Positions 51,542 through 59,625 of a stretch of DNA of 61,734 nucleotides are shown one piece after another. Below the pieces are notes generated by a model. That model searched no databases and was not told where the DNA came from. It was given only the letters and a program-made list of their open reading frames with translations. The position numbers and the translations under genes are program-made. Every line of letters begins with the position of its first letter. Position 1 is the first letter of the stretch. This DNA comes from a virus (Duplodnaviria; Caudoviricetes): positions 1-61,734 of the IMG/VR virus record IMGVR_UViG_3300008255_002410, one strand, 5' to 3'.

Positions 51542-54500
51542 ATGCCAAAAGACGATCCCTCTCAGGAGCCTGCCAAGCTGGTCCAGCATAAGGACATCTT
51601 TCAGCAGATCCAAAAGTCTGTTACTTCTGGCTACGAAAGTCTCTTCCCCATAATAGGAAGAAACCGAGAACTTCGCGCCCATAAGATCTGGGTAGAGGAT
51701 GATAAGGACCCTCACGACTACAAGGGCCAAGAATCCACCAAGCTCAACGGGGGTACCTGGGGTGTTCCCGTCTACGGAGACTTTGAGCTGGTAGACAAGG
51801 GTACAGGGCAGACGGTTGACCGGAAAGAAAGAGTCAAGTTTGCAACCCTGCCAAAACTGACCCCAAGGTACTCCTTTATCGTCAAAGGAAGTGAGTACCA
51901 GGTTTCCCACCAGATGCGGAGAAAACCTGGGGCTTACACCCGCATCGGAACTGATGGCAACATTGAGGCGATGTTTAACTCGAGCATCGGCTCCAACTTC
52001 AAAATGCTCCTTGACAAGGACTCTGGTAAGTTGCACCTGAACGTGGGTTCATCGAATACCAGACTCTATCCCATACTCAAGCACTTGGGCGTGAGTGAAC
52101 AGGAAATGGTCGACCATTTTGGTCCTGAAGTCGTGGAGGTCAACAGGAGAGCTGTAGGTCATCCGGACAACGAGATTCGGGACGTATTAAAGCTCTACAA
52201 GAACCTTCATTTCAACAAGGAGCCTGAAAGCTTTGAGCATGCTGTAGAAGGTTTGAAGACTTACTTTCACGGGAACACGGCCTTTGATCCTGACGTCACC
52301 CACATCAACTTTGGAGAAGCGCACACGAACGCTAACCCGAAGCTTCTCCTGCTTGTGGGCAAGAAGCTGCTCAACATATCAAGAGGCACAGAGGAACCAG
52401 ATGATCAGGAGTCTGTTATTTACAAGACTCTGCATGGAGTAGACGACTTTCTAAGAGAGCGAATCGGTCTTCGGTCCGAGAGACAAAGACTTCACAAGAA
52501 GGTCATGAACACCCTGGATCGAAGAGACTCGATCTCGGACATCATCAACCACCAGATCTTCACTCACCCTGTTGAGAGCCTCTTCACCCAGACCGAGCTT
52601 GCTAATCTGGAAGATCAGACAAACCCACTTTCGATGCTAGGCCGAGCCCACCAGGTAACGATCCATGGTCCTGGCGGAATCTCAGATGAGCACCAGGTCA
52701 GCACTGAAGCTCGAGGTGTTCATCCTTCGCATCTTGGGTTTCTTGACGTTCTTCAGACCCCTGAATCCCATCAAGTCGGGGCCGTCATGAGGCTTCCGCT
52801 CGGATCAGTAAAAGACGGAAATGTCTGGAAGACGGAGCTTGTCAACCACTCTACTGGACAACGGGAGCATCTCACTGCCAAGCAGGCACATGACCACACA
52901 GTGGCTTTTGCTGATGACTTCTACCCAAACAAGGATGGAAGCGTTAGACCAGTTGCTGCCAATGGTCTGGTCAGAGCACTACGTCAAGGGAAGTTCGTTG
53001 AAGTAAGACCTGATGAGGTGGATTACAGAATTCCAACGCCCAGGTCGATGTACGGGCTTTCGTCCAACATGTCCCCGTTCCTGTCCAGCAATTCAGGGAA
53101 GCGGGGAATCATGATGGCCAAGATGGCGGAGCAAGCTTTGCCCCTGGTCAATCGGGAAGTCCCGTTGGTTCAGGTTGTAGCGGGCCCTGGGGGGCAGACT
53201 TACGAGGCCTTGGTTGGCCAAGGATTCACAACCAGAGCACCAACCAATGGGACCGTGATTCATGTCGGAGACGGGGAGATTCATATCCAGTCAGGGGGGA
53301 AGGTTCACAAGGTTCAGTACTACGACAACTTCCCTCTGAACGCGAAGCACTTCTTTCATTCAGAGCCCACGGTAAAGCCTGGTGACGTGGTTCAGAAAGA
53401 TCAATTGCTTGCCGAGCTTTCTCATACGCGAGACGGGGTTCTTTCATTAGGTGTCAATGCACGGGTTGGGTATCTCAACTACAAAGGCGTCAACATTGAA
53501 GACGGTCATGTTGTAAGAGAGGGCTTTGCCAGGGAGCAGTTGAAGTCCTCTCACCTGCACAAGGAAAGCTTTCTAGCAGGGGATAAAACACTTCTGGACG
53601 TGAAGAAGTTTCGTGCCCACCACCCGCTACATCTGACAGAAGAGCAGGCCAGGAAGCTGGATGACAGAGGCATTGTTCGAATCGGAGAGACTGTTCATCC
53701 AGGAGACACCGTCATCGCGGGTATGACCCCCAACGTGCCGAAGGTGGAGGACCAGGTCCTCAAGAACCTACACAGGTCTTTAGTGAAGCCTTGGAGCAAT
53801 GCTGCAGTGACCTGGGACCACCATACCTCAGGCAAGGTCGTCAAGATTGGTCGACATGGAAAGAGAATTGATGTCTACGTGCGGACTGAGGAGCCACTGG
53901 TTGAAGCTGACAAGATTGTAGGTCGTTTTGCGAATAAGGGTGTTGTAGTAAAACTAATCCCAGACCACGAAATGCCACACACCGCTGATGGTCGTCCTCT
54001 TGATGTTCTCTTCAATCCGCACGGCCTTCCATCCCGACTGAACACCGGACAGATCCACGAAACCCTGGCTGGCAAGATTGCTGAGAAGACTGGAAAACCT
54101 TTTTTGGTAGAGAATTTCAAGGCGGGTCTGGACTACAAGAAGTGGATTGACGACGAACTCACCAAACACGGACTTTCAGACACTGAGGAAGTCTTTGACC
54201 CAACAGACGGTAGTTCCCTGGGTCAGATTCTGACGGGTCGTCAGTACATCATGAAGCTGGACCATTCGGTCTCCAAGAAGTTCAATACGAGAGACCGGGC
54301 CGGGTACACGATGGACAGGACTCCGGTTCGTGGATCAGACGAAGGGGCGCAGGCTATCGATCCTCTGACGTTGTATGGGATGCTCTCTCACAATGCTAGA
54401 ACACTGATGTGGGAGCAGGCCGCGTTAAAGTGCTTAGTTGGACACATGAAGGTATGTACCGATCAGGGAGACTTGACCATTAGTAGGATCGTTCGAGGAA

Positions 54501-57500
54501 GACTTCCTGTTAAAGTGCTTTCTATGCAAAAAGACGGCACTTTTGCTTGGAGGAGGGTTGTTGACTATTTCAGGTACCGTACAGACCATGCTACTCGTCG
54601 GGTTGAGGTTACTTCTTCTGAGCTGCTAGACCTTGGGTACTCTACTGGGTACAATGAGGACCGCCATTTGGTTTGTACTCCAGAGCATAAGATCCTTACT
54701 CCCGTGGGAAAGGTCAGATCTGCAGATTTGTTTGTTGGTGACTTGGTTCTAGTTAAAGCAACTACGCCATCACCAACACAAGAAGCAGTCCTGGTAGGTA
54801 CACTACTTGGTGACAGCTCTCTACGTCCAAGATCCCCACTAAGCTATATATCCATCTGTCACGGTGAAGACCAAATCCAGTACCTTTGTTGGAAAATGTC
54901 TTTGCTTTCCGGCCTGTTTGGAGAAAAAGCAATTGGTGTTTCCAAACCTGCGGGGTACGGAGTAAAGAATGGTAAACCTGTGTTCCATGCCAGAAGCATG
55001 TCGCTACCGTGGTTTGCTGAACTAGAAGAGCAGCTTTATTCCTCAGACTCACAGGATATCAAGTGGCTGCCAAAGTATAGAAAGCGAAGAAAGGTAATTA
55101 CCAAAGCCTTCCTAGACCGGTTAGACCTTAGGTCTCTTGCGTTCTTTTATATGGATGATGGGTGCTCCTCTTATAAACGATCAACACTAAGAGGGAAAAC
55201 CAAACGCTGGTATACCAACGACAAGCTTGCAGACGGCTATGTTGAGGTCAGGTTTTGTGTTGGGGAGATAACCCTAAAGGAGATTGACCTTCTTAGAAAA
55301 AGAATGGGGGAGATTATCGGGATTACTCCATCTGCACCAAAGTTCATAAACGGCGTCAGGCTAGCCTACATCGGGTATCGAGGAGCAGCTGCTTTAGAAT
55401 TTCTTTTTGCTGTTGCGCCATATATACATCCTTCAATGTCCTACAAGATGAAGGCAGCTACGCCAAAGGTCCAAGAAGCGCTGCTTTTACTTGTTGGTTC
55501 CAAGATGAAGGAGCTTGAGTCTAAAGCTGAAGTTAGAGCATGCCAAGTCAGACTTACTTCAATTAAGCCGACTACAATTGGTAAACGCACCAGAGATGCC
55601 AAGTTTGTATACGACTTGGAAGTCGAGGAGACACATAACTACGTTTCCCAAGGCCTAATAGTAAGCAACTCAGAGCGGAACGATGACATCTGGAGGGCTA
55701 TTCAGACAGGTTCTCCACTTCCTCCACCGAAGCCGACCTTCGTTTGGGACAAGTTCATGGCGCTGCTTCAAGGCATGGGCCTAGATGTAAAAAGGGAGGG
55801 CTCAAGACTCAAGCTCTTGCCTACTACAGACCAGCAAGTTCTTTCCAGATCAAAAGGTGCCATACGGCTGCCGTTTACACTCCGAGCCAAGGACCTGGCG
55901 CCTATGGAAGGTGGCCTCCTTGACCCGGAGCTAACTGGTGGAATTGGGGGATCGTCCTTCAATCACATCGAGCTTCACCAGCCGTTTCCTAACCCAGTCT
56001 TTGAAAAGCCGATCAAGGCAATTCTCGGGCTTACAGGCCCTCAGTTCGACAGCCTATTGGCTGGTACCTCTTCTGTTGTTGATGGACAGCTCGTGCCGCA
56101 TGCCGGCGGAAAGGTGGCAGGTGAAGGCCTGCAGGAACTGCTTGCCAGGATCGACCCCAAGCTGCACCTGGACCAGACACTGGCTCAAGCAAAAACAGCT
56201 CGAGCCAATGACCTGGACAGGCTTAACAGGAAGGCCAGATACCTGAAGGCTCTGGTTGACAACGACATCCGCCCGGAAGCTGCTTACCTGAATTCAGTCA
56301 TCCCAGTTGTGCCCCCAAAGTTCAGGCCAATCCACCCGATGGCGGATGGCTCTCTCTACACGGCAGATCTCAACTACATCTACAAGAACTTGATGATCGG
56401 GGCAGAACAGCTTGGTGAAGGAAAAGACATCCTTCCGCAGAAGCATCTGGCCCCGCTTCGCCAGGAGATTTACCATCACCTGAAGGGCCTGGCGGGCCTG
56501 GAGCCCCTGGCGTCAGCTCAGGACGGAAGAGAGTACCACGGGATATTAACGGACATCCGTGGCAAAGGAGCCCCGAAGGAGGGAATTTTCCAGTCCAAGC
56601 TCATTGGTAGAAGACAAGACCTCTCTGCTCGCTCCACAATTATCTCTGGCCCAGAACTAGGTCCACACGAAGTTGGCCTTCCCAGAGAGATGCTGAAGAC
56701 CCTCTTCCGGCCATTCATTATCCGAAGACTTTTCGGAATGGGTGTACCCCCTCTTCGAGCCCAAGAGATGATTGATCAGGAAGACCCTGTTGCTGTGAAG
56801 GCCCTGGAACAAGAAGCCAAGGAACGTCCTGTGATTCTTGGAAGAGCGCCTAATCTTCACAAGTTCAGTGAACTGGCTTTTTACCCGGTGCCTGTGGACG
56901 GGCTGGCAATCAAAGTGCATCCGCTAGTTTTACCTGGAATGGGCGCCGATTTTGACGGCGACTCGGCGTCAATTCATGTCCCAGTAACTCCAGCTGGAGT
57001 AGCAGAATCCAAGCGTCTCCTGGCCACACACTCAGACAACCTCAGAAACCCAGGAACCGGAAAGCTCATGATTCTTCCCATGCGGGAGCATGTCCTGGGT
57101 CTGTACCGTCTGACCCTTCCGGGAGAGAAGACCAACCTCTCGTTCTCCAATTTTGGCGAAGCCAGAGAAGCCCTCAAGAAGAAGCAGATTCACTACAACG
57201 ACGTGGTCAACATCGGGGGGCAGAAAACCTCAGTTGGCCGTGCTCTGGTCAACGCGCTTCTTCCAGAAGAACATCGCGATCATAACCGGGTCTTTGATTC
57301 CAGGGGTATCAGAGAGGTTGCTAGCAAGATTGCTAACACACATCCACATGATTTTGGTCGGATCATGAATGACCTGAAGGACCTGGGTGCCAACCATGCC
57401 TACAAGAGTGGAGCTACGATAACCTTCAAGGACCTTGAGCCCTTTCGAAAAGAGCGAGACCAGATCTTGGATGTTGCCAAGAAAAAGGTACGCTTGGCGA

Positions 57501-58936
57501 AGTTTGATGACCGACTGTCTGAAGACCAGAAGGAGCAGGCTACCATTGAGGCTTACACAGAAGCCTCCAAACAAATTGACCGTATGCTGCAGGAGAAGGT
57601 GCCGGCGTCCAACAGCCTGGCCGAGATGGTTCGCTCTGGATCAATTGGTTCATGGCAGCAGCTTCGTCAAGTCCTGGCTGCTCCAGTCCTCATGGAAGGG
57701 ATGGGGGGCAAACCCATCCCGATTCCAGTAACCAAGTCCTACGCTGAGGGACTGTCCTCGGCTGAGTACTTCATCCAGAGCTTCGGTGCCAGGAAGGGTG
57801 CTGTTGACAAGTCCAAGCAGACATCAGTTCCTGGGTACTTCGCCAAGCAGCTGGTCAATTCCATGATCAACCTGGTTGCTGAGGATCACCCATCTGAAGA
57901 TGAAGGTCCTGTCCCAGGAATCAAGCTTGGAATAGACGACCCTGACATCCACGATCGATATCTGGCTCAAGACGTTCGGGATGTAGCTAGTGCTGGAGAA
58001 CTTATAACTCCAGACCTTCTCAGGAGAGCCAGAAACTCTGGGCATCAGGAGCTCGAGGTGCGTTCTCCGCTCACCAGTCTAGCTGCTCATGGTATCTACC
58101 CAAAAGACTACGGGCTGCTTCCGGGCGGGAAACCGATTTCTGCTGGGGATAACGTGGGCGTGATGGTGGCGCAGGCGATGAGTGAACCTGCCACACAAAT
58201 GTCGTTCAAATTAGCGCACGGCGGAGGAGCCGTTGGAGCACAAACCCTTTCCGGTTTCCGAAGAATCGAGCAACTCTTCAACATCAACGAGAACCTACCT
58301 GGGCGAGGGGTCCTTTCTGAAGTTCCTGGTGTTGTTGAGTCCATCACGCCTGCTCCGACAGGTGGCCACGTTGTGGTGATCTCTGGGGTTCCTCATCGAG
58401 TTTCCTCAGGGCTGAACCTGAGCGTTAAGCCAGGGGATACAGTTGAGGTCGGGCAGGCTCTCTCTGATGGTATTACTCACCCCAGAGACCTGCTCCGGTT
58501 GAAGGGACTTAGACCTGCTCAGGACTATCTGGTAAACGAGATTCTCAAGGCTTACCATGAGCAGGGCTTCAAGCTGAAGCGGGTCATCGTTGAAGCCGCG
58601 GTCAGGTCAATGACAAATTTGACGCATATCACAGACCCGGGAGAGGACCCGGACTATGTTCCTGGAGACTATGCACCCATCTCGATGGTGGAGCACAAGA
58701 ACCGCAACGGTGGAACCATCCGGCATACCCCTGTACTCAAGGGCATCCACAGCCTGCCGTTGTATCGAGACGAATGGGTTTCTAACTTGAACTTCGAAAA
58801 CTTGAAGGAAACGATTCTCGAGGCTGCAGCCAAAGGTCGATCCGAGGACATCCATGGTTATAATCCATTGGTGGCTTACGCACATGGGTCTGAGTTCGGA
58901 AGAGTGCCTAAGCACGCAAAGAAAGGTGTTTATTGA
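51542..58936 (+). CDS. Fused beta-beta' DNA-directed RNA polymerase (2464-aa precursor, ~2051 aa after splicing)
   Basis: Beta motifs: FIVKG.E, R.VHPSH.G, TPE, QA.PL, N.ED, DK..GR..NKGVV, NP.G.PSR.N.GQ, YIMKL.H. Beta' motifs: PV.PP..RP, DLN..Y, G.R.D.S.R, RAP.LH, GADFDGD, GARKG..D....T...GY, AQ...EP.TQ. Confidence 0.95.
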   Translation: MPKDDPSQEPAKLVQHKDIFQQIQKSVTSGYESLFPIIGRNRELRAHKIWVEDDKDPHDYKGQESTKLNGGTWGVPVYGDFELVDKGTGQTVDRKERVKFATLPKLTPRYSFIVKGSEYQVSHQMRRKPGAYTRIGTDGNIEAMFNSSIGSNFKMLLDKDSGKLHLNVGSSNTRLYPILKHLGVSEQEMVDHFGPEVVEVNRRAVGHPDNEIRDVLKLYKNLHFNKEPESFEHAVEGLKTYFHGNTAFDPDVTHINFGEAHTNANPKLLLLVGKKLLNISRGTEEPDDQESVIYKTLHGVDDFLRERIGLRSERQRLHKKVMNTLDRRDSISDIINHQIFTHPVESLFTQTELANLEDQTNPLSMLGRAHQVTIHGPGGISDEHQVSTEARGVHPSHLGFLDVLQTPESHQVGAVMRLPLGSVKDGNVWKTELVNHSTGQREHLTAKQAHDHTVAFADDFYPNKDGSVRPVAANGLVRALRQGKFVEVRPDEVDYRIPTPRSMYGLSSNMSPFLSSNSGKRGIMMAKMAEQALPLVNREVPLVQVVAGPGGQTYEALVGQGFTTRAPTNGTVIHVGDGEIHIQSGGKVHKVQYYDNFPLNAKHFFHSEPTVKPGDVVQKDQLLAELSHTRDGVLSLGVNARVGYLNYKGVNIEDGHVVREGFAREQLKSSHLHKESFLAGDKTLLDVKKFRAHHPLHLTEEQARKLDDRGIVRIGETVHPGDTVIAGMTPNVPKVEDQVLKNLHRSLVKPWSNAAVTWDHHTSGKVVKIGRHGKRIDVYVRTEEPLVEADKIVGRFANKGVVVKLIPDHEMPHTADGRPLDVLFNPHGLPSRLNTGQIHETLAGKIAEKTGKPFLVENFKAGLDYKKWIDDELTKHGLSDTEEVFDPTDGSSLGQILTGRQYIMKLDHSVSKKFNTRDRAGYTMDRTPVRGSDEGAQAIDPLTLYGMLSHNARTLMWEQAALKCLVGHMKVCTDQGDLTISRIVRGRLPVKVLSMQKDGTFAWRRVVDYFRYRTDHATRRVEVTSSELLDLGYSTGYNEDRHLVCTPEHKILTPVGKVRSADLFVGDLVLVKATTPSPTQEAVLVGTLLGDSSLRPRSPLSYISICHGEDQIQYLCWKMSLLSGLFGEKAIGVSKPAGYGVKNGKPVFHARSMSLPWFAELEEQLYSSDSQDIKWLPKYRKRRKVITKAFLDRLDLRSLAFFYMDDGCSSYKRSTLRGKTKRWYTNDKLADGYVEVRFCVGEITLKEIDLLRKRMGEIIGITPSAPKFINGVRLAYIGYRGAAALEFLFAVAPYIHPSMSYKMKAATPKVQEALLLLVGSKMKELESKAEVRACQVRLTSIKPTTIGKRTRDAKFVYDLEVEETHNYVSQGLIVSNSERNDDIWRAIQTGSPLPPPKPTFVWDKFMALLQGMGLDVKREGSRLKLLPTTDQQVLSRSKGAIRLPFTLRAKDLAPMEGGLLDPELTGGIGGSSFNHIELHQPFPNPVFEKPIKAILGLTGPQFDSLLAGTSSVVDGQLVPHAGGKVAGEGLQELLARIDPKLHLDQTLAQAKTARANDLDRLNRKARYLKALVDNDIRPEAAYLNSVIPVVPPKFRPIHPMADGSLYTADLNYIYKNLMIGAEQLGEGKDILPQKHLAPLRQEIYHHLKGLAGLEPLASAQDGREYHGILTDIRGKGAPKEGIFQSKLIGRRQDLSARSTIISGPELGPHEVGLPREMLKTLFRPFIIRRLFGMGVPPLRAQEMIDQEDPVAVKALEQEAKERPVILGRAPNLHKFSELAFYPVPVDGLAIKVHPLVLPGMGADFDGDSASIHVPVTPAGVAESKRLLATHSDNLRNPGTGKLMILPMREHVLGLYRLTLPGEKTNLSFSNFGEAREALKKKQIHYNDVVNIGGQKTSVGRALVNALLPEEHRDHNRVFDSRGIREVASKIANTHPHDFGRIMNDLKDLGANHAYKSGATITFKDLEPFRKERDQILDVAKKKVRLAKFDDRLSEDQKEQATIEAYTEASKQIDRMLQEKVPASNSLAEMVRSGSIGSWQQLRQVLAAPVLMEGMGGKPIPIPVTKSYAEGLSSAEYFIQSFGARKGAVDKSKQTSVPGYFAKQLVNSMINLVAEDHPSEDEGPVPGIKLGIDDPDIHDRYLAQDVRDVASAGELITPDLLRRARNSGHQELEVRSPLTSLAAHGIYPKDYGLLPGGKPISAGDNVGVMVAQAMSEPATQMSFKLAHGGGAVGAQTLSGFRRIEQLFNINENLPGRGVLSEVPGVVESITPAPTGGHVVVISGVPHRVSSGLNLSVKPGDTVEVGQALSDGITHPRDLLRLKGLRPAQDYLVNEILKAYHEQGFKLKRVIVEAAVRSMTNLTHITDPGEDPDYVPGDYAPISMVEHKNRNGGTIRHTPVLKGIHSLPLYRDEWVSNLNFENLKETILEAAAKGRSEDIHGYNPLVAYAHGSEFGRVPKHAKKGVY
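54431..55669 (+). mobile_element. Intein (413 aa) with a two-motif LAGLIDADG endonuclease in the RNAP beta C-terminal region
   Basis: ALK|CLVGHMKV ... CTPEHK ... LVGTLLGDSSL ... LAFFYMDDG ... VYDLEVEETHNYVSQGLIVSN|SE. Confidence 0.93.
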
Positions 58937-59622
58937 TGGACAATCTGAGCTGGTTGAAAGTTGCTGATGATGACCCAAGCTTTCGAAGTAGGTTTTCAGG
59001 GAAACTTGCTAACGCTCTGGACGACGTCAAGAGCTACTTGACATCAGGGTCTGGTTTAGCTCCTCTGATGAATTCAGACTTATCTGCGGGGGAGCGTATA
59101 CAAAAGACATTTGCTGACTCGACGGCTGCTGGGAACCTGCTTCGAGATGCTGTGGAACGTAATCTACGTGCACAACCGGGAGCCTCAGGTATCTCGGACT
59201 TCCGTAGAACCCTACTTGGGCTTGCTAATCCTGAAACCATTGCTCAAGAACTGCCGTTTAAGAGTCTTGGGGGGGCTTTTTGGGGAGCACCTCAAGGGAT
59301 GAGAGAATTCAATGACTTGTCAACAAGAAATATTATTGGAAATCTAGGAGCTACTCTTGGCTCGGGTAGCCTTACCACAGCAATTTCTGGTTCTCCTCTT
59401 GCCGGTCTGGCCTCCTCAGCCCTCCCACTTCTGGCAGCTCATCAAGGCTACAATCCAGCAGCAGCAGCTCTCATTGGACCTGCTGCAGCTGGGCTTGTCA
59501 GGCTCCTCACTCCGAAGCCAAAGCCTCGAGAAGACGAGGATGAGTACCAGCGTTGGCGAGAGCGTACTGGAAAGACCTCAAGCTTGAGACAAGACCCGTT
59601 TGCCTGGCTGTTTTCGAGGTAG
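58936..59622 (+). CDS. Hypothetical Gly/Ala-rich, Cys-free protein with hydrophobic helices
   Basis: TGATG coupling to the RNAP gene; glycine-zipper-like segments. Confidence 0.75.
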   Translation: MDNLSWLKVADDDPSFRSRFSGKLANALDDVKSYLTSGSGLAPLMNSDLSAGERIQKTFADSTAAGNLLRDAVERNLRAQPGASGISDFRRTLLGLANPETIAQELPFKSLGGAFWGAPQGMREFNDLSTRNIIGNLGATLGSGSLTTAISGSPLAGLASSALPLLAAHQGYNPAAAALIGPAAAGLVRLLTPKPKPREDEDEYQRWRERTGKTSSLRQDPFAWLFSR

Positions 59623-59625
59623 CTC

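Noticed and set aside
54762-55052. Antisense ORF in the RNAP intein
   Set aside because: Short and motif-less; the in-frame LAGLIDADG endonuclease explains the region.
56952-56972. TTGACGGCGACTCGGCGTCAA as another palindrome copy
   Set aside because: It has different spacing and encodes the constrained FDGDSAS active-site residues, so it is probably coincidental.
51542-58936. Cellular rpoBC locus
   Set aside because: Highly divergent, with no ribosomal-protein neighbours, and surrounded by phage replication and tail genes.
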